From Clostridia bacterium (GTDB lineage Bacteria > Bacillota > Clostridia > Christensenellales > DTU072), in contig DAOSYK010000001.1 of assembly GCA_035381305.1 (NCBI GenBank), forward strand, positions 175,218 through 239,217: 64,000 nucleotides of DNA, in the 5' to 3' direction. The translations under genes and the position numbers were made by a program. Numbering within the stretch: position 1 is the first letter of the stretch; each line of letters opens with the position of its first letter. The notes under the pieces were generated by a model. It ran no database searches and had not been told where the DNA came from. It saw only the letters and a list, made by a program, of their open reading frames with translations. Positions 36,914 through 46,827 of the stretch are shown here, piece by piece.

Positions 36914-37860
36914 ATGTAAGCATTATCGTGCCTGTCTATAATACCGAAAAATACCTGAATCACTGTCTTATCAGTATTCTTAATCAGTCATATACCGATT
37001 TCGAACTTATCTTGGTGAATGACGGGAGCAAAGACAATTCGGGAAACATCTGCGACGAATTCGCAAAAAACGACAGCAGAATAAAGGTAATCCATAAGGA
37101 GAACGGGGGACAATCTTCGGCGAGGAACAGGGGACTGGACTTTGCGCAAGGAAAGTACATAGTCTTTGTGGATTCAGACGACGTAGTTGATAAAGACATG
37201 ATAGAAGTGCTTTTGAAAACAATTACCGAGACAGGTGCCGAAATAGCGACGTGCAGACTCAAAAAATTTGCCGATGAATCGGAAATCACCTCACATCATA
37301 TTTCTCAAATAATAGATATTTACGATAACGACACCATCATGAAAGAGATGGTGAACAACAATATTGTTAATTTTTCTCCCTGCGGAAAGATCTATAAAAA
37401 AGAGATATTTTCGGAATTCAGATTCCGCGAAGGAATAATTTTCGAAGATATGGAATTGTTGTTCCGTATATGGGCAGGAACGGAAAAAGCCGCGATAATT
37501 CATGACGAATTATATTTTTACAGGACCAATCCCAACAGCACACTCAATTCGAAATATAGCGAAAGACATCTTATCGAATACGATGTACGCAAGCAGATAT
37601 ACGAATTTTACAGGGAAAACTATCCCCAATACTCTTACAATGTATATGTAAACTGGATGTTCTGTTCTGTATTGATGTATGTGAAAATCACCAACAATAA
37701 ACCCAAGGAAAAGGCGAAATACAAGTATTTGCTCAAATTCGACAGAAAAATATTGAAAAAATCCACCTTCAAGGATTTGCTTTCAAGCGTTAAAATCGCT
37801 TTGATTCTGTACATGATTGCGCCTCAATTGTTAGCCCTTGCTTTCAGGATTAAGTATTAA
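36910..37860 (+). CDS. Glycosyltransferase family 2
   Basis: VSIIVPVYNTEKYLNHCLISILNQSYTDFELILVNDGSKDNS...VDSDD. Confidence 0.85.
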   Translation: MNVSIIVPVYNTEKYLNHCLISILNQSYTDFELILVNDGSKDNSGNICDEFAKNDSRIKVIHKENGGQSSARNRGLDFAQGKYIVFVDSDDVVDKDMIEVLLKTITETGAEIATCRLKKFADESEITSHHISQIIDIYDNDTIMKEMVNNNIVNFSPCGKIYKKEIFSEFRFREGIIFEDMELLFRIWAGTEKAAIIHDELYFYRTNPNSTLNSKYSERHLIEYDVRKQIYEFYRENYPQYSYNVYVNWMFCSVLMYVKITNNKPKEKAKYKYLLKFDRKILKKSTFKDLLSSVKIALILYMIAPQLLALAFRIKY

Positions 37861-37869
37861 GGAGAACGT

Positions 37870-38943
37870 ATGAAAATCTTAGCCATGTATTTACCTCAGT
37901 TCCATGAGATACAAGAAAACAACGAATGGTGGGGTAAAGGATTTACCGAATGGACCAATATAAAAAGAGACAATAAGTTTTGCGATGGCTTAAAGCCATT
38001 GGATGACAATTATTATAACTTATTGGACAAATCCACTGTTGAGTGGCAGACAGAACTTGCCAGGCAGCACGATATTTACGGATTTTGTTATTATCATTAC
38101 TGGTTTAAAGGCAAAAAATTATTGGAAAAACCTGCCGAAAACCTGTTGGCATGGAAAGATATCGACCAGAAGTATTGTTTTTGCTGGGCAAATCATGACT
38201 GGAACAGATCGTGGAACGGCACAAGAGAAGTGTTGCAAAAACAGGAGTATGGCGAGGAAAAAGACTGGGCAGAACATTTTGAGTATCTAAAAGACTTCTT
38301 TATGGACGACAGATATATCAAGGTGGACAACAAACCCTTATTTGTCGTATTCAATCCCAACTATGAAAATAAAGATGGCATTATCGAGTTTTTCGATAAA
38401 AAATGCAAGGAAATAGGGTTTGATGGCATTCATTATGTCGAGAGCATTCACAATGCCGATTTTCTCAAGTATGTTTCGTCTAAGTCTTCTGCAATAATCC
38501 TGCGTGAGCCAAGTTTTGCTTTGCAGAAATATCAGTTAAACAAATCATTTTTCGAAAGAGCATATGACGCTGTCGCAAGAAGAATAAACAATATTTTGAA
38601 ATGGAAATGTTTCATTAAAAAGTATAATTCTAAGAAAATCATCAGATACTCACTGGAAATTGCTCATCAATTCGAATATGACAAGCCCTTTTATCTCGGA
38701 GCATACTCTATGTGGGACAATACCTACAGACATAATCAGAGAGGTTATAAAATTCAGACGCCTTCCGAAGGGTCATTTATTAAATACATTTCCGAATTAA
38801 AGAAAATCGCCGAAAACAAGAATATCGAATATTTGTTTTTCAATGCTTGGAACGAATGGGCGGAAGGGATGATCCTTGAGCCTGACAACCAAAACGAGTA
38901 TATGTTTTTGAATGCCATAAAGAAAGTTATGGAAGATAAATAA
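37870..38943 (+). CDS. WbsX-family (GH99-like) glycosyltransferase/glycosidase-like protein
   Basis: ILAMYLPQFHEIQENNEWWGKGFTEWTN is the hallmark N-terminus of this family. Confidence 0.8.
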   Translation: MKILAMYLPQFHEIQENNEWWGKGFTEWTNIKRDNKFCDGLKPLDDNYYNLLDKSTVEWQTELARQHDIYGFCYYHYWFKGKKLLEKPAENLLAWKDIDQKYCFCWANHDWNRSWNGTREVLQKQEYGEEKDWAEHFEYLKDFFMDDRYIKVDNKPLFVVFNPNYENKDGIIEFFDKKCKEIGFDGIHYVESIHNADFLKYVSSKSSAIILREPSFALQKYQLNKSFFERAYDAVARRINNILKWKCFIKKYNSKKIIRYSLEIAHQFEYDKPFYLGAYSMWDNTYRHNQRGYKIQTPSEGSFIKYISELKKIAENKNIEYLFFNAWNEWAEGMILEPDNQNEYMFLNAIKKVMEDK

Positions 38944-38951
38944 GGCAGAGT

Positions 38952-39896
38952 ATGAGTAATGATATTGATTTCAGCGTGGTACTTTGTACCTACAATGGCG
39001 AAAAATACTTGCCTGAGCAACTCGGCAGTATACTGACGCAGTCCTATCTTCCCAAAGAACTTGTGGTGTGTGATGACGGCTCGAAAGATTCTACGCTTGA
39101 GATATTGAAAGAGTATAAGGAAAAAGCGCCTTTTGACGTTAGGATATACCTTAATGAGACTAATCTGGGATTTGTAAAAAATTTCGAAAAGGCTTGCTGC
39201 AATGCGCAATATCAATACGTCGTTTTTTGCGATCAGGACGATTATTGGGAAAACAATAAGCTGGAAAGATTTGCGCAAACCATCAATGAATACAAGGACG
39301 TCGAAATGATTTTTTCCAATGCAAAACTTTTCGGCGAAGTGACAGGGGATCAAACATTATGGGAAAAAGTCGGGTTCGGCAAAAAAGAGAGAAGAAAATT
39401 TCAAAAGAATAGATTCTCATTTTTGTTGAATCATTGGGTGGTTACGGGGGCAACGGTCGTGTGTAAGAAAAGCCTTATCGACTATGCTGTTCCGTTTTCG
39501 CTGAAGTTTGCTCATGACGAGTGGCTTGCATTAATGGCCGCTAACAGAAACACGATTATTGAGCTTGACGAAATACTTACCAATTACAGAATACACTCTT
39601 CGCAGCAGATAGGCGTCAAAGAAGTAGCCGATGCCGGGTACAAAACCAATTTGATAATTGCGATAGAAAGGATGGAGATTATCCTAAACAAATTGCGGGA
39701 AGACGCGCACAATAATGAAAAAAACATCGGTATTCTTAACGGTTTTAAGTCTTATTATGAGAAAAGATTGCGGATGTGCGGTGAAAACGTTATATCAAGA
39801 TTTTTTATGTCATTTTCCTCTTTGATAAAAGGCGAACATCATGCATATACCGACAAGCCTTTCAGGGCGTTTATAGGGTGCATAATAAGGCATTGA
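38952..39896 (+). CDS. Glycosyltransferase family 2
   Basis: FSVVLCTYNGEKYLPEQLGSILTQ...CDDGSKDST...FCDQDD. Confidence 0.85.
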   Translation: MSNDIDFSVVLCTYNGEKYLPEQLGSILTQSYLPKELVVCDDGSKDSTLEILKEYKEKAPFDVRIYLNETNLGFVKNFEKACCNAQYQYVVFCDQDDYWENNKLERFAQTINEYKDVEMIFSNAKLFGEVTGDQTLWEKVGFGKKERRKFQKNRFSFLLNHWVVTGATVVCKKSLIDYAVPFSLKFAHDEWLALMAANRNTIIELDEILTNYRIHSSQQIGVKEVADAGYKTNLIIAIERMEIILNKLREDAHNNEKNIGILNGFKSYYEKRLRMCGENVISRFFMSFSSLIKGEHHAYTDKPFRAFIGCIIRH

Positions 39897-39924
39897 CAAG
39901 AAGATAAGAGGTATTTAAATAACG

Positions 39925-40932
39925 ATGAATAAAGATAAAATAAGCATAATCGTGCCCGTTTACAATACGGCAAAGTATCTGAAAGAATGCGTGGCGAGCA
40001 TTCTTAATCAGACATATACCGAATTTGAATTAATTCTTGTCGATGACGGGAGCAAAGACCAATCGGGAACAATGTGTGACGAACTTGCCCTGACGGACAG
40101 CAGAATAAAGGTAATCCATAAGGAAAACGGCGGCTTGTCGTCAGCCAGGAATGCGGGACTCGATGTAATCGTCGGCGAATATGTCTGTTTTGTCGACAGC
40201 GACGACGTCATTCACAAACAAATGCTTGAAACGCTGCATAACGCCATAAAAACTTCAGACGCGGGATTGGCCGTGGGCAGGTTCAGAACATTCAAAGACG
40301 AAGACGATATTTCGGATTCGGCTATAAATCCCGACATTCCCTTGGAAACTGTAACGTCCCAGAGATTGATAGAACTTGCCATTGTGGACACAAAAATCAC
40401 CTTTTCGGCATGTAACAAAATGTTCAGGTCCGCGCTTTGGGAGAACATCCGCTTCCGCGAAAAGACCCATTTTGAAGATGAAGACGTCACCTACAGAGTT
40501 TTTGACATGGCCGGAAAATGCGTATTGTGTGACGTCGAAGTTTACTACTACAGAATGAATGCAAGCGGCATCACTCACACATTATCGCCGAAGATAATAG
40601 ACCAATACTACACCCGCAAGGGTATGTACGAATTTATTAGGGAAAGGTATCCCGCCCTTGCGCCTTTATGCTATGCGTACTGGTTCGATATTTCGGTAAA
40701 AATATATTTTCCGTATAGATTCCAATTGCAGATTTATAATAAAAATTTCGATTTTCTGGGCAGATTTAATAAACGGATTCTCAGAAAAGCCGACAAAAAC
40801 AAACTGCCTGAAAACTTAAATATGTTTATCAGGTATTATCTTATATCTCCTTCTTTTTCCGTCTTTATCTTCCTTATAAGATTAAGAACATGGATATTAA
40901 GAAAAATTAATCTATTGAGAGGAAAGAAATGA
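39925..40932 (+). CDS. Glycosyltransferase family 2 (paralog of 36910-37860)
   Basis: ISIIVPVYNTAKYLKECVASILNQTYTEFELILVDDGSKDQS...VDSDD. Confidence 0.85.
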   Translation: MNKDKISIIVPVYNTAKYLKECVASILNQTYTEFELILVDDGSKDQSGTMCDELALTDSRIKVIHKENGGLSSARNAGLDVIVGEYVCFVDSDDVIHKQMLETLHNAIKTSDAGLAVGRFRTFKDEDDISDSAINPDIPLETVTSQRLIELAIVDTKITFSACNKMFRSALWENIRFREKTHFEDEDVTYRVFDMAGKCVLCDVEVYYYRMNASGITHTLSPKIIDQYYTRKGMYEFIRERYPALAPLCYAYWFDISVKIYFPYRFQLQIYNKNFDFLGRFNKRILRKADKNKLPENLNMFIRYYLISPSFSVFIFLIRLRTWILRKINLLRGKK

Positions 40933-41924
40933 GTAAAATTTTGACTTTGACCATACCTTCTTATAATATGGAGAAATATCTTGCTAATTGTCTTGATTCT
41001 TTTATCGACAAGAGAATTCTCGAAGATATCGAAGTATTGATTGTAAACGACGGTTCCAAGGATAACACACTTGCAATAGCCAAAGAATATGAAGCGAGGT
41101 ATCCCGATGTATTTATTGCTGTCGATAAACAAAATGGAGGGCATGGCTCGACCATTAACAAGGGCATAGAACTATCTACAGGAAAGTATTTTAAAGTCAT
41201 AGACGCCGATGACTGGGTTGACGCTGAAGAATTCGTAAAGTACGTCCAATTTCTCAAGACCGTCGACGTTGATTTTGTGATTACAAATTATACCGAGCGG
41301 TATGAGGACACAGGAGAAAGCGCTCTCCAAAAAATAGCCGACTATTTTACAAAAGATAAGATCGTTGATGTCGAGGACGTATTCGGAAATATCGGCGGAA
41401 TGATCCCCATGCATTGCACAACCTACAAAACGTCGATATTGAAAGACAACAATATCAGGCTGTATGAAAAATGCTTCTATGTCGACGTCCAGTACAACAT
41501 CTTCCCCATTGAATATCTTAAAACCTGTATATGCAAAGATTACAACGTGTATCAGTACAGACTGGGCAGAGCGGGGCAGAGTGTAAGCGCCGAAGGCTTT
41601 CTGAAACACATCAACGACCACAGGAGAGTAGTGCTTTCCATGTTGGAGTATTGCAGGGCGTTTGCAGACAAAGAAAGCGTTAAATATAACTATGCGGTCA
41701 ATGTTATGAGAAGCCTTGTCTTTTATAATTTTAACAATGTCGTGAAATTCGGTTATAATAAAAAGGATATAGTAACTGCTTCTGCTGGATTTTATAAAAA
41801 AATACAAAAAGAATATCCCGAGTATTCGTTTAATTTTGGCAGAATTAAAAACATTCTCTGGAAAAACGGGTTGAGAGGATTGAAATTATATGCCCTGGCG
41901 AACAGGGTATTGAGAAGGCAATAA
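40929..41924 (+). CDS. Glycosyltransferase family 2
   Basis: LTLTIPSYNMEKYLANCLDSF...LIVNDGSKDNT...IDADD. Confidence 0.85.
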   Translation: MSKILTLTIPSYNMEKYLANCLDSFIDKRILEDIEVLIVNDGSKDNTLAIAKEYEARYPDVFIAVDKQNGGHGSTINKGIELSTGKYFKVIDADDWVDAEEFVKYVQFLKTVDVDFVITNYTERYEDTGESALQKIADYFTKDKIVDVEDVFGNIGGMIPMHCTTYKTSILKDNNIRLYEKCFYVDVQYNIFPIEYLKTCICKDYNVYQYRLGRAGQSVSAEGFLKHINDHRRVVLSMLEYCRAFADKESVKYNYAVNVMRSLVFYNFNNVVKFGYNKKDIVTASAGFYKKIQKEYPEYSFNFGRIKNILWKNGLRGLKLYALANRVLRRQ

Positions 41925-41928
41925 TGAT

Positions 41929-43407
41929 ATGGTAAAACAAAAGAATATAGGAGTGAACGTAGTACTAAACATGATTTTGTCCCTTGCGGGAATCGCGGTG
42001 GGAATGATTACATTCCCGTATTTCAGCCGCATTCTTCTTCCCGAAGGCATGGGCACAAACTCATTCATCACTTCGTTCATGAACTATTTTGTACTCTTTG
42101 CCAATCTCGGTATTCCCACGTACGCAATAAAAGAATGCGCCAAAGTAAAAGATAACAGGGAAGAGCTTTCGGCAACGGTTCAGGAGCTTTATTCAATAAA
42201 TATCGTCACCAGCGCGATAGCTTTGTCTGTTTATTCTTTGTGTATCGTTTTCGTTCCCGAACTGAAAAATTTCTACCTTCTGGCCATTATTATCGGGCTG
42301 GGCAACATAACCGGTGTGCTCAATCTTCAATGGCTTCTCCAAGCGATGGAAGACTATAAATTCATCGCAATAAAAAATCTTTCCATCACCATAGTTGCCG
42401 TCATATTGGAGTTTGTTTTTGTCAAAAGCCCCGATGACCTTTTCCTCTATGTGCTTATCGGTATGGCGGGTGTTTTCCTTTCCAATATGACCAATATTTT
42501 TTATATCAAAAAATATGTTGATTTTCGAAGGACGAGAAAACTTAAAATCGCAAGGCACTTTAAGCCGGTGCTCATTCTGTTTGCGATGTCGGTCGCAAGT
42601 AGCATTTATACCAATCTCGACTCTGTTATGCTGGGCTTTATGCGCGACAATTACACCGTGGGGATATATGGAGCCAGCATAAAGATAAACCGCATTCTTG
42701 TCGCCGTAATAACTTCCATAAGCGCGGTTTTACTGCCCAGAATGTCCCGGTATTTCAAAGAAAACAAGATGGAAGAATTCAACAAGCTAATGGCGCGCAC
42801 AGTAGGTATCGTCGTGACGCTGGCCCTTCCGCTTATTCTTTATTTCATAATTTTTGCCGAAGATATAATCTTGTGGCTCCTCGGCGCCGACTATTATGAA
42901 TCCATCGTGCCCATGCAGGTATCGATTTTCATAATACTGTTTATTGGATTGAGCAATCTGACAGGTATTCAGTATATGCTGCCGCTGGGGCTTGAAAAAC
43001 ATGTTATGATATCGGTGATTCTGGGGGCGGTAGTCGACTTTGTTATAAACATCATCACTATTCCGCCGCTCGGGGCGCTGGGTTCGGCGATTGCCACAGC
43101 TTCCGCTGAATTGACGGTGCTGACCTATCAGCTGATAATCTTAAGAAAAAACATAACGCGCATTTTCTCCGACCTCAACTGGAAATTCATCATTTTGTTT
43201 ACCGTAATTTGCGGCGGGGTGCTAATCTGTATGAATATATTTGTGGACCTCGGATATTTCCTCAATTCCATAATCAATATGGGCATAACAGCAGTCTTGT
43301 TTATTGTTATATCGATACTGACGAAAAATCCCATTGTTGATGAAACATTGAATATACTACGTCTGAGAAAAAAGACCGTCAAGGAGAATTCTGATGAAAC
43401 AGTATGA
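41929..43407 (+). CDS. wzx: Wzx-type oligosaccharide flippase (MOP/PST superfamily)
   Basis: 492 aa, ~14 TM segments, typical position in a Wzy-dependent locus. Confidence 0.8.
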   Translation: MVKQKNIGVNVVLNMILSLAGIAVGMITFPYFSRILLPEGMGTNSFITSFMNYFVLFANLGIPTYAIKECAKVKDNREELSATVQELYSINIVTSAIALSVYSLCIVFVPELKNFYLLAIIIGLGNITGVLNLQWLLQAMEDYKFIAIKNLSITIVAVILEFVFVKSPDDLFLYVLIGMAGVFLSNMTNIFYIKKYVDFRRTRKLKIARHFKPVLILFAMSVASSIYTNLDSVMLGFMRDNYTVGIYGASIKINRILVAVITSISAVLLPRMSRYFKENKMEEFNKLMARTVGIVVTLALPLILYFIIFAEDIILWLLGADYYESIVPMQVSIFIILFIGLSNLTGIQYMLPLGLEKHVMISVILGAVVDFVINIITIPPLGALGSAIATASAELTVLTYQLIILRKNITRIFSDLNWKFIILFTVICGGVLICMNIFVDLGYFLNSIINMGITAVLFIVISILTKNPIVDETLNILRLRKKTVKENSDETV

Positions 43408-44488
43408 TTTTTTGATTGTAGGCGCGGGACTCTTCGGCAGCGTCTTCGCAAGAGAGATGACCGATAAGGGCAAAAAATGCCTGGTCATTGACAAACGCTC
43501 CACCACGGGCGGGAACTTGCGCTGCGAGAACACCGAAAACATAAACGTCCACAAATACGGCGCGCACATTTTCCATACCGATGACGCGGAAGTGTGGAAT
43601 TATGTTAACAGGTTTGCAGAATTTAACCGTTATACCAACTCCCCCATAGCTTGCTATAAGGGAAAGATTTATAATCTCCCGTTCAACATGAACACCTTCT
43701 ACCAGATGTGGGGAGTGATTACGCCCGAGGACGCGAAAAATCGCATTGCCGAACAGGTCGCGAAAGAGAACATCGTAAACCCCAAAAACCTTGAAGAAAA
43801 GGCCTTGTCGTTGGTAGGCCGTGATATTTATGAAAAGCTCATCAAGGGGTATACCGAAAAACAATGGGGTTGCAGCGCAAAAGAGCTTCCCGAATTCATT
43901 ATAAACCGTCTGCCCCTTAGATTTACCTATGACAACAACTATTTCAACAGCAGATTTCAGGGTATCCCGATAGGCGGATATAACGTGCTTATCGATGAAC
44001 TTCTTGACGGAATAGAAGTTTGGCTCAACGAGGACTACATTGCCAAAAGAGATTTTTACAATTCCCTTGCCGATAAGGTGCTCTACACGGGCGAACTTGA
44101 CAGATATTTCGGTTACAGCTTAGGGAACCTCGAGTACCGCTCATTGCGGTTTGAGGAAGAGATTCTCGATACCGAAAACTTTCAGGGCAACGCGGTCGTC
44201 AACTATACCGAGAGGGAAGTGCCGTTTACAAGGATAATCGAGCACAAGCATTTTGAAAACGCGGTATCCCCAAAAACCGTAATAACGCGCGAGTATCCAA
44301 AGACGTGGGAAAAGGGCGACGAACCGTATTACCCCGTAAACAATAAGGAAAACGACGAGCTATATGCTAAGTACAGAGCGCTTGCCGAAAAAGAGGAAAA
44401 CCTCATAATAGGCGGAAGGCTGGGGTTATACAAATATTATGATATGGACAAAATCGTGCGTTTAGCATTGGACTTAAGCAGAAGTTGA
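43394..44488 (+). CDS. glf: UDP-galactopyranose mutase
   Basis: YDFLIVGAGLFGSVFA (FAD fold), TTGGN, VHKYGAHIFHT, EYPK...PYYPV. Confidence 0.95.
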   Translation: MKQYDFLIVGAGLFGSVFAREMTDKGKKCLVIDKRSTTGGNLRCENTENINVHKYGAHIFHTDDAEVWNYVNRFAEFNRYTNSPIACYKGKIYNLPFNMNTFYQMWGVITPEDAKNRIAEQVAKENIVNPKNLEEKALSLVGRDIYEKLIKGYTEKQWGCSAKELPEFIINRLPLRFTYDNNYFNSRFQGIPIGGYNVLIDELLDGIEVWLNEDYIAKRDFYNSLADKVLYTGELDRYFGYSLGNLEYRSLRFEEEILDTENFQGNAVVNYTEREVPFTRIIEHKHFENAVSPKTVITREYPKTWEKGDEPYYPVNNKENDELYAKYRALAEKEENLIIGGRLGLYKYYDMDKIVRLALDLSRS

Positions 44489-44536
44489 GGTTATAATAAA
44501 ATAAAAGTATTACTTGACGCACAGGAGAAAACGCTC

Positions 44537-45424
44537 ATGAAAGGAATAGTTTTGGCAGGCGGCGCAGGAACACGGCTTTATCCGCTGACAATGGTAACAA
44601 GCAAACAGCTGTTGCCCGTTTACGATAAACCCATGATATATTACCCCTTGTCGGTGCTAATGCAGGCGGGAATAAAAGATATTCTCATCATCTCCACGCC
44701 CACCGATACACCGAGATTTGTCGAACTCTTGGGCGACGGAAGCAATTACGGAATAAACTTAAGCTACAAAGTTCAGCCTTCGCCCGACGGACTCGCCCAG
44801 GCGTTTATCCTCGGCGAGGAGTTTATCGGCGACGACAGTTGCGCAATGGTTTTGGGCGACAATATCTTTTACGGCAGCGGTTTTGAGAAAATACTCGGCG
44901 AAGCCGTGGAAAACGCCGAAAAGAACAAAAGAGCCACTATTTTCGGGTATTACGTCGACGACCCGGAAAGGTTCGGCATTGTTGAATTCGACGCCGAAGG
45001 GAAAGCTCTAAGCATCGAGGAAAAACCCGCCTTCCCCAAGTCAAATTATGCCGTAACGGGACTTTACTTTTACGACAACAGGTGCGTGGAATACGCAAAG
45101 AACCTTAAGCCTTCCAAGAGGGGAGAGCTTGAAATCACCGACCTTAACAAGGTATATCTTGAGAAAGGCGAACTCGATGTGCAGCTTCTTAAACGCGGTT
45201 TTGCGTGGCTGGATACCGGCACGGTTGAGAGCCTTGTCGACTGCGCAAACTTCATTCAGACCCTTTCCAAACGCCAGGGCATAATAATCTCGGCGCTGGA
45301 AGAAATCGCTTACAACAAAAACTGGATTACCAAAGAACAACTCCTCACTGCCGCCGCGCGCTATGGCAAGTCGCCTTACGGAGCGCACCTTCGCAACGTG
45401 GCAGAAGGGAAATTCCTCAACTGA
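44537..45424 (+). CDS. rfbA: Glucose-1-phosphate thymidylyltransferase
   Basis: [18 protein letters not shown]...[11 protein letters not shown]... Confidence 0.95.
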   Translation: MKGIVLAGGAGTRLYPLTMVTSKQLLPVYDKPMIYYPLSVLMQAGIKDILIISTPTDTPRFVELLGDGSNYGINLSYKVQPSPDGLAQAFILGEEFIGDDSCAMVLGDNIFYGSGFEKILGEAVENAEKNKRATIFGYYVDDPERFGIVEFDAEGKALSIEEKPAFPKSNYAVTGLYFYDNRCVEYAKNLKPSKRGELEITDLNKVYLEKGELDVQLLKRGFAWLDTGTVESLVDCANFIQTLSKRQGIIISALEEIAYNKNWITKEQLLTAAARYGKSPYGAHLRNVAEGKFLN

Positions 45425-45435
45425 CGGAGGCATAG

Positions 45436-46827
45436 ATGAAATTTACCAAGACGCAACTAAGGGGCGTTGTCATAGTCGATCCCGTTGTCTTCGGAGACAA
45501 CCGCGGCTATTTTATGGAAACCTATAACGAAGGCGAATTCAACGCCAACGGTATTTTTAACAGATTCGTACAGGACAATCAGTCCTTTTCGGCATATAAA
45601 GGCGTTTTGAGAGGGCTTCACTTCCAGAACAATCCCCACGCGCAGGCTAAGCTCGTAAGGTGCAACAAGGGCGCAATTTTAGACGTAGCCGTTGATATAA
45701 AGAAAGGCAGCAGCACGTATTTAAAATATGTCGCGGTGGAACTATCCGCCGAAAACAAACGAATGCTGATGGTCCCGAAGGGCTACGCGCACGGTTTTGT
45801 GACGTTGACCGACGACGTAGAAGTCATTTATAAAGTCGACAGCCTTTACAATAAGGAGACCGACAGAAGCATACGCTTCGACGATCCCGCAATCGGCGTG
45901 GAGTGGGGAATCGAAAACCCCATACTTTCGGCAAAGGACTCCAACAGCTCAAGGCTTTGCGACAGCGACTGCAATTTTGCACTTAAAGTGCTGGTCACGG
46001 GCGTCAAAGGTCAGCTCGGTTATGACGTGGTAAAGCGCTGCAAGGAACTCGGCTACAATGTAGTCGGCGCCGACATAGACGACTTTGATATCACCGACGA
46101 AGAAGCGGCATTTAAGTATATAACGGAATGCAACCCCGACGCGGTGGTGCACTGCGCGGCGTACACGGCGGTTGATAATGCCGAAAGTGACGTCGAAAGG
46201 TGTACCAAAATCAACGAAACGGGAACCGAAAACATAGCAAAAGCGGTAAAAGCCATAGACGCCGCCATGGTATACATTTCCACCGATTACGTTTACGGCG
46301 GAGAGGGCGAAGAGGCTTACACAACCGACAGCTCGTTGCAACCGCTCAACGCCTACGGCGTATCCAAACTTGCGGGAGAAAAGGCTGCGGCAAAGCATGT
46401 CGACAAACTTTTTATAGTACGCACATCATGGGTTTTTGGACTAAACGGAAACAATTTCGTCAAAACGATGCTTCGCCTTGCCAAGGAGCGTGACGAGCTT
46501 AACATCGTTGCCGACCAGATTGGCTCCCCCACCTACACGCCCGACCTTGCGCGCCTTATCGTAGATATGATTTCCACCGACAAGTACGGCGTATACCACG
46601 GCACAAATGAAAACTACTGCAGCTGGTACGAATTTGCCACAGAGATTTTCAGACAGGCGGGAGTAAACATTAAGGTAAATCCCATTCTGTCCGAACAATA
46701 CGTCACCGCTGCCAAGCGTCCCAAGAACAGCAGACTGGACAAGACCTGTCTCGACAAGTCGGGATTTGAGAGGCTGCCTTCCTGGCAGGACGCCTTAAGA
46801 AGATATCTGGAGGAAATAAAACAATGA
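45436..46827 (+). CDS. rfbCD: Fused dTDP-4-dehydrorhamnose 3,5-epimerase (RfbC, ~aa 1-175) / dTDP-4-dehydrorhamnose reductase (RfbD, ~aa 190-463)
   Basis: The N-terminal half has FVQDNQS...GVLRGLHFQ...KLVRC..GAILDVAVD...GYAHGF. The C-terminal half has VLVTGVKGQLG...YGVSKLAGE...SWVFG. It is a single 463-aa ORF. Confidence 0.9.
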   Translation: MKFTKTQLRGVVIVDPVVFGDNRGYFMETYNEGEFNANGIFNRFVQDNQSFSAYKGVLRGLHFQNNPHAQAKLVRCNKGAILDVAVDIKKGSSTYLKYVAVELSAENKRMLMVPKGYAHGFVTLTDDVEVIYKVDSLYNKETDRSIRFDDPAIGVEWGIENPILSAKDSNSSRLCDSDCNFALKVLVTGVKGQLGYDVVKRCKELGYNVVGADIDDFDITDEEAAFKYITECNPDAVVHCAAYTAVDNAESDVERCTKINETGTENIAKAVKAIDAAMVYISTDYVYGGEGEEAYTTDSSLQPLNAYGVSKLAGEKAAAKHVDKLFIVRTSWVFGLNGNNFVKTMLRLAKERDELNIVADQIGSPTYTPDLARLIVDMISTDKYGVYHGTNENYCSWYEFATEIFRQAGVNIKVNPILSEQYVTAAKRPKNSRLDKTCLDKSGFERLPSWQDALRRYLEEIKQ

